Source: Euprymna scolopes
Taxonomy: Eukaryota
Length of the DNA: 64,000 nucleotides
Assembly (NCBI GenBank): GCA_053919585.1
Contig: CM132786.1
Direction: 5' to 3' (one strand)
Position 1 is the stretch's first letter, and each line of letters opens with the position of its first letter. Below the pieces are notes generated by a model. That model had not been told where the DNA came from, did not search any database, and saw only the letters and a program-made list of their open reading frames with translations. This document shows, one piece after another, positions 52,546 to 64,000 of this stretch. The position numbers and the translations under genes are program-made.

Positions 52546-55500
52546 CTTGTTTCCCCAATGGATCTTCTATATCTTCCGTTTGTTGTGCTTGCTGAAATCA
52601 CTTTCTCTTTCATTCTCTTAAAAATTATATTAATTAATGGCCACCTAAATCGCAATTAACCGAAGTATAAATAACTGAATAGTTTCCCTGCAAACTTTCT
52701 CCAGATTTACAATCAAATTTCTCTTGGGGACAGAACTTGTTCATTGCGAATATATTTCTTTGCAAATATGTCGCAACATTTTCAGTAAGTACTGTTCGGC
52801 AATTTAATATTGGAAAACATTTTTTTCATTTCCGTTTTTTTTTTTTTCACGTACTGCTCTTGGCTGCTCTTATACTGTTTCATTTGTTCGACGATTGTTT
52901 GTTTATGTTTTTTTAGGCAAAAAGAAGGATATGGTTTTTAAGATATTTTAGTGGAAGGATATTTCAGTCATACGTCAATGATGTTTATTGAAAAAACAGA
53001 AGGTTAAATTTTGTTGTTTTTTTTTGCTAAAAAAGAAAAAAAGTAACGTCTGTAACGTCATAAAGTGAGCGAAATAAACATAACATTCCTTTGCATTAAA
53101 ATAAAACCGGCACTTTAGTAAAAGAAATTCAATAGAGAATGTTTCCCAAGACAAAAACGAAGATTATGAGTCTTAATAAAATATAAGGAAAATACAGACA
53201 CCCACGCTGATAATGATTTTTTTCCCAAATCAGTTGAGCGGAATTGTGAAAATGTTCGTTGCAAACATAAAGATAATATTGTCACTTGGTCATTGGCAAT
53301 GGAAGTATATATTTTATACAATGACTAAGGAATTGCTTGAAATATTTTCTGATATCAACGACATATTTGGTGTCGTCAAAGAAATGTTTTAGAAATACGG
53401 TTTTATTTAGAAATAAGGTATTTTTTCTACCCTAAGACTAATTTTAAGGTAAACAGTTCCTTTGACTGTAGGCAGTAAAAAAAACTAAAATTAGAATTCC
53501 GTTCGATCAATAAATGAAAAATTTGTTCAAATTTGAAACACTTGAGACGATATTGCGATGTCTAATAATATGTACGGATTTGAAAATAGGGAATTTACCA
53601 TTTTCTGCGTTACAAAAGTTTCTTAAACTAAAAAATAGCAATACAAGCATTGTATTTAAACAAAAGATTTGAAATTACTGTACTATTGATTTGGCACAGA
53701 AATAAAATTTCATTTGCTAGAATATTGAAGTATGTGCAGTCACACACACACACAGACACACACACACACACAGACACACACACACACACGGGCGTTCGTG
53801 CGCAAATAAACGAACCTTTATTCATTTCAATTTTCCCCGCGCATTTTGTACCAAAAATAGATTTTGTCAGCAACGACACAATTTCAAATACGCCCACACA
53901 CTTTTCTCAAAACAACAAAAGTAAAATGAACATATTTTTGGCGGACGTAGTTGAAGACAGCATTATGTGACACAAGTAACCAATGAGAAAATTAAGAAGA
54001 TTGTCTTTTTAACGCTTTTCCAAAAAACAAAATATCAGCAGGAGCAGACGTATTCTGGAACCGGTCCAAAATGTATAAAACGCATCAAATAGTCTTCTAC
54101 GGAGAGAGCTCTGGGTTTTTTCCCCCTTTTTTCTCGATTCGACGACACAACGAGAACATGCCTCTCGCGTTCACAACATCGTCGCTGCCAACACCGCCAG
54201 CACCATGATACACACGCCACGCGGATACTCAAAAATCACTTATGCACACACGCATTCATACCGCATATTTTCTAAATTAATAACAACAAATCACTTTCCT
54301 CAAGATTTACTTTCCTCATGGGACTTTTTAAGTAAGGCGAACTTCGCCAGATAAACACAACCTTTAAAATAATCTCATCTCTGGAATTTAACCTTCTAAA
54401 CTCATTAATTCCACGAAGAACTTTAATCTAACATTTTAATCATAATGACTTCGAAAGAACTTTCACCAATCGGACCTTTCTTTATTCATTTTATTGCTTT
54501 TGTTAAAAAACAAATGCGCTGAACTTAAATCAGAAAGAGTTGTTTTGTTTCATTCCTTTTTTATTATTAGGAAATTTAATTTTACTTAAAGTTCTGCAAC
54601 CCTATATAGTTTGTTCCAATTCTGATTATTAGTAGATTAAGAGATCTATGCATATTTATAGAGATGCATTCATAGCAATCAAAAATTATCTTAATTTTGA
54701 AGAAGTAAAGCACATGGTAATTAATCGAAAAATCCCCACTTTTGGGTCAATCTTATTCAGTTTTCGAAAACTCGTCAGTGTGAAAAATCACATTTACAAC
54801 CTAACTATTCCGACCCCTGCTCTGAGGAAGTTAAGGCAGTGGGATTAATAATCTTACTTACAATGTTAGTTCAACATTTTCGAAAAATTTTTTTTATAAT
54901 CACAACTTACATCACAGTAATCATTGTTCAATTCCAACAGTTATGCTTTTCATCGCCAGTCTAACACGTTAGTATTGCTTGACGAAGCCTTGAACTTTCC
55001 AAATAAATTGATGCAGATACATCAGAAGATTAGACCTGGAAGTACAACAAAAATACCTAGAAATATTAAAAGTAATATAAAACTGAAGTCTCATAAAACC
55101 ATACAACAAATGTGATATCTATCTAGTCGCTCACAAAACCATGTTTAACTATGTAAAGACCATGCAAAATACTCATGTGGAGTACATTATAGATAAAGTC
55201 GCTACGTTTTGTTAGAACAAGTAGCATGTTTATTTGTTTGTTTGTTTTATTTGTTTGTTTGTTTGTTTGTTTTTTTTGTTTAAACCAGCATATCGATCTT
55301 TTTGAGTCATTTAATTCTGTATATAAAATTTAAATTTGTAAATGCTTTCGGGGTTGATTTTCACTGGGTTTATTCGAGTATATTTTGATATTGTTTTTTT
55401 TATGGAATTTAGATTTTATTGTAAAGTTCTGCTTTCTTAAGAAGATTAGAACGGTTTTAGATTTTTCTCACCGAGTTATTTTAAATTGTTGGCCTTGTAG

Positions 55501-56494
55501 ACGTGTATAAGAATGCGTGTGATGTCATAGCAGTCAAGTAAAACGCTTTTCACTGTATAATGTTTATGACATCCAGAAGTGATTTAGTTTTTTCTCTCTA
55601 GTTTGATTGGCGAGAATTAGATTTAGTATATATTGTCACGTCTAGTATGGCTTTGGTTTGTGAATAGCATTTCTGTCAAAATTTCCTCGTGGATACTGGT
55701 TTGATCTATTTGTCCACGATGTACAGCTCTTAAAAACACTAATGGTATTTATAAAACGCCACACATTGCACGTAACCCCTACCAAACACTTTCAAAGTTT
55801 TGAAATGAAAAACTATTAGAAATATAAGATTTTATCTTTAAAAGATTGTATCTATTATTACATGCAATAAAGAGGAAATATTTTACTGGATAAACAAAAG
55901 AACGCACATTGAATAGTTCTTTTCTGTTACATGAGTGCTTAATTATATGCCACTCTTACTGTCTTTTGCTAATAATTCATATGCAACCTGAAGCTCCTAA
56001 CATGCTGGTAAATGATATGACGTCAGTTCTTTCCCTCATTAACACATTTATTTTCTTCTCTATCACTTACGTACAGCAAAACTCTTTCAACTCTCTTTGA
56101 AAACATGTATGTCTCCTGTTAGCTGTGAATGAACTGCCGAGCGCAAAATTTTGAAATCTTGAGGGATTTATATTTATGGATTCTACTTAGCCTATAAGCG
56201 TTACTCGTTTGAAATGGAATAGAATTATTAGGAACCGCTAGATTAAAATGAAAGCATTTTTTTGTTTGCTTTCTTGCTTTCTTATGTGCAAATATGCGCC
56301 AAGTTTAATAACAGTCGCTATAGTTGTGGGATTTCTAATTTCAGTGTAAAACGCTCAACATTTCTAGCTAAAGCTGCGATAGAATGCAACAGCTACTCTC
56401 TTGTATTAGTCTTACACACACACACACACACACAAATGTATATATGTGTGTGTGTGTGTGAGTGCGTGTGTGTGTGTGTGTGTGTGTGGTGATA

Positions 56495-57397
56495 CCTGTA
56501 AGAGATAAGTTCCCATACATTTTTCGTAAGGAAACTTTTATTGATAATGCACACAAGAAACTCTAGCCCACTTCGAAGTAATCTCCTTCGGATGCATTGC
56601 ACTGGATTTACCGTTACAATAACTTCTGCAAGGCCCCATGGCAGTTCTCTTGTGTGAGCGTGTCAATGCCACAGCCTCTTTCATCTACTCAATTGTGTCA
56701 TATCGAGGGCCTAAAGGTTCTCTTTGGGCTAAAGACATAACCAAAAGGTCTGGAATATAGGAAGGAGTTACTGTCTTAATTGACATCTTGGTCAAATAAT
56801 CTGTGACAAGGAGGTATTGTGCACTGATGAATTGGGACAAACTATCAACAAATCTTCCGCATCTTTAGTCCATTCAAAATAATGAAGTGTACACTTTCTA
56901 CACTGACACCAATCTGTGCAATTAATGTCTAAATAGACACACGGCTGTCCTTATCTATGAACTTTATTATTTAATGTTTAAATTTCCACTCTCCATCAAC
57001 AGCTCTCATCAGCTCTCGCATAGTCCCTGCCTTTCAGGAATGTTTTATGCAACTCAAAAACCGATGCTCGATTCATGCAAGATGATCCAAATGTAACCTA
57101 AAGCATTCCATATTTTTCTGTGCTATTTATTTCAAAGTTTAAAACAGAATTTTTTTGAATATCGTTTTTTGAAGTGTCCTCATGTCCAGAATTCATTTTT
57201 AAAATTCAGCAACTTTGACAATCGGGCGTTAGTATGATGTATTCCAGTTCCTGCGGTAGCTGTTCTTGTGAACCTAAAATCATAAAAATTGGCCAGTCAT
57301 CTCATCTATGGCAATACGATATTGAATTTTTCAGAATCTACAACGATTAATAATGCCTGTATCAAAGAAGCCTGGGAACATTGAAGGTAGGTCGTAT
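56495..57397 (-). mobile_element. Mariner-like transposon remnant
   Basis: Minus translation LVTDYLTKMSIKTVTPSYIPDL..RYDTIE.MKEAV..QCNASEGDYFE (mariner C-terminus). Confidence 0.65.
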
Positions 57398-57632
57398 ATA
57401 TTTTAAATAAAATACTTTTCAAAAATATATCACCTGCGTCGTATGACGCATCAGCGCCGCTGAACCAAAGGAAAATCAAACCCAGGATCTCAGGGTTCTG
57501 CTTCTTGCGCCACTGAGCCCATTCTCGCCACTTACAAATTCGCCCTATGTTTAGTTTTTATTAGTTGTCTTTTCTTTAATAATTTTTCCTGTGATTCATT
57601 TTTGAGCGGATCTCCCCCTCTTTCTCTCTCTT

Positions 57633-57669
<37 letters not shown>

Positions 57670-57721
57670 ACATATATATATATTATATGTATATATAAAA
57701 AAATATTTATTTATCTATATA

Positions 57722-58599
57722 TTAGCATGGGTGCCTAGCGTTGCCCGGGTGTGTGGAAGTGTATGTTGAGCAAAAAAAAGGGGATTTTTTTAAAACTTTT
57801 AATCCTATTATGACATTTTAACATTTATTCTTTTGGGCTCAAATGAGGTGATTAAGTTAGATTCATATCCAAATGACCTATATCTAAAATGTCAAGTGTT
57901 TAGAACCCAAATTGTCGGAGGAGTTTGGTATATTTTTCAAAGGTCAACCCGTTGAACTTTGACCTCTTAACAGCTAAATTTCTGGCCGAAAACCGATCAC
58001 ATAGATTTTCCCAAATCTCAGTACCCTGTATATCAAATTTCGAGTTTGTAGACTAAAAATTGTCAGAGTTATTGCGTAGGGGAATGTACACAGACAGACA
58101 CACACATACACACACACATACACACACACACATGTTCACTTTTATAGATATACTAGCATGGGTGCCCGGCGTTGCCCGGGTGTTTGGAAGTGTACGCTTA
58201 GCAAAAAAAAATAACAAACAACAAAACGGTAATTTTTTTTTTTAATTTTGACCACAATTATGACCCCTTAAGATTTATTGTTTTGGACTCAAATAAAGTT
58301 ATTAAGTTAGGTCTATGTCCAAGGAAACTATATCTAAAATTTCAAGTGTTTAAACACAAATTGTCGAAGGAATTTGGTAGAGATCTCAAAGGTCAACCCG
58401 TTGAACTCTGACCCCTTTAACAGCGAAATTTCTGGTCGAAAACCGATCACATAGATTTTCCCAAATCTCAGTACCCTGTATATCAAATTTCGAGTTTGTA
58501 GACTAAAAATTGGCAGAGTTATTGCGTAGAGAAATTTACACAGACAGACACACACACAGACACACAGATACACAGACTTACAGACACCTTCACTTTTAT
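57722..58599 (-). mobile_element. Head-to-tail tandem of two Helitron-like units (period 431 bp)
   Basis: Units 57722-58148 and 58153-58599 (ends in a gap). Minus strand 5' TCTATAAAAGTGAA plus (TG)n/(TGTC)n; 3' hairpin cccgggcaacgccggg-cacccatg-CTAG|T. Confidence 0.8.
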
Positions 58600-59450
58600 N
58601 NNNNNNNNNNNNNNNNNNNNNNNNNNNNNNNNNNNNNNNNNNNNNNNNNNNNNNNNNNNNNNNNNNNNNNNNNNNNNNNNNNNNNNNNNNNNNNNNNNNN
58701 NNNNNNNNNNNNNNNNNNNNNNNNNNNNNNNNNNNNNNNNNNNNNNNNNNNNNNNNNNNNNNNNNNNNNNNNNNNNNNNNNNNAAATGGCTAATGGAGGA
58801 AGTTAATAAAAAATCTACAAAATAGGCCTTAAAAACTATAATTAAGAATTAAGGATCTCTTTCTTGATCGACTTCACTCAGGCTGTTTTCTTATGTTTGT
58901 TTTTTGTTTTTTTTGTTTTTTTGCATTTAGACAGATTTTACTCACCTTTAAACTATATGCATTCTGTAATTTTTATTTTTCTATAAAGTGGTTATTTCTC
59001 ATTTCTTTTCTGATGAAACCCCGCCAAAGTGTTTCTTAAAATAGATTAAGAAACCGGATTCAAAAGTAGTTTATAAATGAACAGGTTTAGAATTAAAGTG
59101 ATTTTCTTTTCTGTAAATAGTAGGTTAGTCTAAGGAAAATGTTAAATGTGTTTCATCCGTTCGACAAAATGGTGTTTCCTTTAGTTACATTTTGACATCT
59201 CAGCCAATATTTTATTTATTTATTCATTCTAATACATTTTTATTTAGCTGAGTCAGTGTATGCACAAAATAAAGTACTGCCAGTAATGTAATCAATGGGT
59301 TTATGGCGAGTAAGGGAAACCTTATATATACGCATGCATAAAATAGAATAAATTAAGAAAAATCAGTATCATAATAGTAGGGCAAATGCAAAACTTCATA
59401 TAAGGGAGGTAAATCTCCAATCACTTAGAATGTGGGTCACGCATAATATG

Positions 59451-59500
<50 letters not shown>

Positions 59501-59504
<4 letters not shown>

Positions 59505-59752
59505 ATTCATTTGCTCACATAAATTAATATACGAAAGTATAAATTTATGCGTAACCTTTAAGTATTTACTTCAACAGTGCTCAATACGTTGGTAGAGCTA
59601 GTTAGTAAGTTATAAAATATATATGCGATTAAGCTATACTGGATATTACGCGTTTCATCCACACTAGGATTAGTCATAAGCCTGAAGAATCCGATAGTGG
59701 ATGAAACGCGGAATATTCAGTGTAGCTTAATCGCCATGTATATTTTATAACT
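59501..59752 (-). mobile_element. PLE 3'-end fragment (family 2) with inverted arm, between (TA)n tracts
   Basis: Palindromic arrangement around about 59677: decayed hammerhead on the minus strand (59631-59676), intact one on the plus strand; tail homologous to 5907-6030. Confidence 0.8.
59677..59729 (+). ncRNA. Type I hammerhead ribozyme (intact core)
   Basis: TAAGC-CTGAAGA-ATCC-gatagt-GGAT-GAAA-cgcggaatattcagtg-TA-GCTTA; cleavage after GUA (A59724). Confidence 0.88.
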
Positions 59753-60321
59753 ATATATATATATGTATGTGTGTGTGTGTGTGTGTGTGTGGAAGATTTT
59801 CGTTTGATTATCATACTTGCCACGTCAACTCCTGTTGATGTGGTAAATATTTTGAATAGCAATAATAGCAAGTACGTAAATTTATCACAATTATTTATTT
59901 CACTTAATGCCCACCGCCCTTTGCGGCCCGGGCGACAAGATCAAAGTGTTATATCTGTTCCGATAGATACTGCAAGCAAAGACATTGGTCAATGTCGGGA
60001 CAACCCTTCATAACAAGTGTCACTGTCCGGCTCCCATTTCCCACCTATCGTGAGCTGGTCCCCTTTTCCCCTCCCTCTCTCTCCACATTAAAAACGGCCT
60101 TGTGCCTAATTTGCACAATAGGGAAGCAAATAAGTACACACTTACATTTATTACATTCGTATCAACAGCTGGGGGTGTTTAAGAGGCGCCAATCTGTTGC
60201 AAAATGGGAAGCACTGCTACAAATATGCGCGGGAAACAAATAGACTAATAAGGATATTAGTAAGCTTCCACAAATTTATCGTATTACTAGCACTCCCGAG
60301 CATTGTAGAATTACTGAAGCA

Positions 60322-60354
<33 letters not shown>

Positions 60355-61229
60355 GTTACTGTTGTTGTTGGATAATGATGAAGTAGATGTTATAAAGTAA
60401 GAAACATTCAGAGATAATGTTTCGATAACAAAGAGTAATGTTAAAAAAATAAACACTTAGTTTGAGTCGTAATTGGTGTCGGTATCATCAGAGGTAAGCC
60501 ATTTTTGCGCGTAGATGGATAAATAACAATGGATGTTGCAATTAGAATACCAATAAGATTGACGCCTGATGTTAGAGAGAGTTGAACAAAGGGATATTTT
60601 TATATATACACGTTAGTCAGTTAGAACTCAAGTAGTCAGGTTAGTCAGTCAGACGTCGAGGACAGAGTCAGTGAGGGGTCATGTTGACTAGCAGGCGGGA
60701 TTCAGTCGCTGAGTGCCACCAAAGCACTGACGTTTGACAATATAGCAGGGTGTGGATAACATGTAAACTTGAAACTTAAAGCAGAGAAATATTCTATGGC
60801 ATAAAATATCATCTAGCGTTTGGTGTACTTCGAAGGAAATACTTCAGCAGCCCCACAGAACCCAAAGGATAAATCCAATGAAACAAGGCACATGCATCCA
60901 GAGAAGATGTTCACAGTCTCAGTAAAGAAATGCTATTGTACATTATAATCCGCGTTTGGTGAACAGTCTTTTTTATGTATATGCACTCGGCTGCACATTA
61001 AACATTCGCTAACTGACACCTTATACATACTTAACGATCACAGAGACACTGGAATAGATATACGCATGAGGCACATACATTCTATATATCCCAAGTCTTA
61101 ATACGTTCATACACCCAACACTTAGTAAAGATAAGGACTGTGATACAAAAATACATGGGCATAGATGATATGTATACTCTCGTAGATTTACTCGCACCTG
61201 TTGTATAAACCATTGTACCCCCTCGACGA

Positions 61230-61528
61230 TAATACCTCCGACGAACCCAACAAGCAGCAAAGTCCCACCCCTACACAGTTGAGATCCCTAGATGTAAGAA
61301 AGCCTTTTACTCTGATAGCTTCTTCCCTAAAACGGCAGGACTTATGAATTCTCTTCCGGTTTCCTGCTTCCCCAACTGTACTGACATGCAGAAGTTCAAG
61401 TGTAATGTGAACAAACATTATGCTGCTAAACTCCCCACATAGTACCCCTGAAACTTAGGGCCTTGATAGTAGCCCCCTACATCAAAGAGGGCATATGCCT
61501 TGTCTGGGATGAAAATGTAATAAAAAAA
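61230..61528 (+). mobile_element. CR1-like LINE 3' fragment (same subfamily as 43345-43908)
   Basis: VEIPRCKKAFYSDSFFPKTAGL*ISLPVSCFP..KFKCNVNKH; shared 3'UTR tgatagtagcccct; A-tail. Confidence 0.75.
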
Positions 61529-61989
61529 TTACATATAATCAGTAAAATCAAATGTAAATTGTTAGGGAATTAATTTTTTAAATCTTTCTTTAGATTTCTT
61601 TTAACTGCCACTTACAATGTTTTGATTAATGTTAAAGATACTTCTCTAGCTATATGTGAAAAATACTTAATATTAATTGACAAGATTTGATATTCTACTC
61701 ACCCCTTTCATATAAGTATATATGTGTATGTTTTATGTATATGTTAGTATGTATATACATATATATGTATATAGTCATGAGAAAATTAATTAAAAGATTA
61801 TGTCATATTTTAATAGTATATACTTCGTGCTGCCTACGTATTGAGCAGTGTTGCGCTAAATAATAGTAAACGATACATAAAATACATCGCATATAAAAAT
61901 TTGGACATGGATAGATGCAATATATATCAATATGTGTCGTTACACACACACACGCATACACACACACATATATATATATATAGATATAT

Positions 61990-62034
<45 letters not shown>

Positions 62035-63933
62035 AATACAGTGCAATAGACCAGACATGTTTTGGGCGTCTTAGAAACGTGGTTAAAATAAATGTACAAT
62101 GTTTTTTTTTTTACAGTGTGATTTACAAGATGTTATAGAATTTATATTAAAAAAAAATAGTTTAATTNNNNNNNNNNNNNNNNNNNNNNNNNNNNNNNNN
62201 NNNNNNNNNNNNNNNNNNNNNNNNNNNNNNNNNNNNNNNNNNNNNNNNNNNNNNNNNNNNNNNNNNNNNNNNNNNNNNNNNNNNNNNNNNNNNNNNNNNN
62301 NNNNNNNNNNNNNNNNNNNNNNNNNNNNNNNNNNNNNNNNNNNNNNNNNNNCCGCCCAAAATGGCCGCAAAATGAAGTTGTTGTTGTTTTTTAAAACTAA
62401 ATTACATTTATTAAAATCCATTATTTCTGAGTAACTTTTTTTTTTCCAGAAAGATAAAACCCTGAATTTTATCATATAGAAAACAGAATAATGTAAAACT
62501 TTTTCTACTATTTTTAATTAAATTTTAAATGTTAAATTTTCCCAAAAAGTTAACAATTGACATTTTTTGTCTTGCACAAAAAACGTACTTAAATATTTAA
62601 GAAAAAAAGGTTTTTGAAATAATTAATTTATTTATTTATTGTCTAACTAAGATTTAGGATGATTTTCTAAGAGAATATGCAAAAATATTATAATATAAGT
62701 ACCTGAATTTCAAATAATTCCACTTATTCATATAGGTAACCAGATATTTCGCGTTCATGTAGAGTCGAGATCGACTCTGTTTACGTTTGCGGATTATAAG
62801 AAGAAAACTATGGAAGACCAAACAGGCCAAAAAAACTTATTTTTCAGTGACGAAAATTCCAATGTATTATAAAGCTGAGGCTGGCCAGTACCAGATGGGT
62901 GACCATTTGTATGAGTTTGGTTTTTAATGTATATGTGTATGGGGGCCAGACTCCCCAAAATGGGGGGGGGGCAATTTAAAGCAGAATAAAAAAAAATTAT
63001 TTCAGCGCGTTTGGTCCACCGTAGTCGAAAGGCGGCAAACGTTTTCAAACGGGATCGAAAAAAATGATGCTATTTTTAACACAAAGGGCACAACATTTAT
63101 CGAATTTTTTTTTTATATATCAATTATTCAAAGCATGCCCTGTTTAATAATGGTCATGCATTATTCGGCTCGCTAAAAAAAAATTGTTAATTTATTTATC
63201 AAAAATTTTAAAATGGCTTTTTTCGTATAAATATTAAAAACAATTTTTTTTTGTTTTGCTTAACTTAAATTAATTATTTTACTTAACATATTCACCGAAT
63301 TTCACACTTCAAAACTCAAAAGCGGGATAATTAAACACAATCGAAGTTCTGATATTCAGACGTCAAAATAAGGTATGCAAACAATTTTTATTTTTTTTTT
63401 TTTTAATCTATAATTCTGTCCCTTACAACAACACAATATGTTTTGTTCAGTTTCAGATGATTATTTTAAGCATATTTGTTCCCACTTCAAAACAAGGGGG
63501 GTTTTGTAAGCAAAAAGAAATATATATATAAATATCGTTTATGAAAAATAAGTACACTGTTATAAAGTTCATTCTTCTCCTAATAATCGCTGAAAATTTC
63601 GTATTGATCGGATAATTACCTGATTTTTGGTAGATTTTTAAAAAGACGGTCCGTCAAAAAGTACTGACCTGCCCCCCCCAATTTTGGCGGTGCCTAGCAT
63701 ATATATTGTATGGTTACGTACTAAGGCACTTCCAAATGTTGCTATTATTTTCAAAATTACATAATTTTTTTGTCGTTGTTTAGTTTTATATATAGTCGTT
63801 CAAGTATGTTTAATATTTTAACATTTGATTCTATATGGAGGACTTTTGTATTTTCCACTAGGATCTTTCTAAACTGACAATGTTGGCAGCCATGGTGTTT
63901 TAGGTGTTGGGAAATTGAGCTTGTGTCGGCAAG

Positions 63934-63938
<5 letters not shown>

Positions 63939-64000
<62 letters not shown>
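63939..64000. repeat. (TA)n microsatellite (one of more than 15 in the window)
   Basis: Direct reading; others include 5379-5438, 5791-5842, 9743-9811, 13919-13967, 22515-22556, 32171-32224, 59455-59500. Confidence 0.95.

Noticed and set aside
60455-60494. CTGATGA...AAAC hammerhead-like string on the minus strand
   Set aside because: No stem II pairing, no GAAA and no valid stem I or III.
62941-63700. Possible TIR pair (ccaaaatggggggg..gca / tgcccccccaattttgg)
   Set aside because: The match rests largely on homopolymer runs, with no TSD or coding support.
63862-63933. 72-nt exon-like segment (ttttccactag|...AAG|gtgtgt)
   Set aside because: All three frames contain a stop and no partner exons were found. 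It could be a UTR exon or pseudo-exon, but this cannot be supported.

Overview
AT-rich, microsatellite-rich animal genomic DNA with several N gaps. No intact host protein-coding gene is supportable, and the window is a mosaic of decayed transposable elements. These include Penelope-like elements (PLEs: RT and GIY-YIG fragments with type I hammerhead ribozymes), CR1-like and RTE-like LINE fragments, Gypsy-like LTR remnants, Tc1/mariner copies, an intron-containing THAP/P-element transposon, Helitron/Helentron-type non-autonomous elements and a 5' U2 snRNA fragment. The most notable signal is a set of hammerhead-bearing inserts sitting in (TA)n microsatellites. One is a 322-nt tRNA-headed retrozyme-like monomer, and others are PLE 3' ends with inverted arms. 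Three otherwise dissimilar families share an exact GCTC-N12-GAGCACT motif just downstream of the ribozyme and of a TATA-like point where copies recurrently end. This suggests a common cis-signal for PLE-driven mobilisation (inference). All calls were made by eye, and boundaries of decayed elements are approximate.
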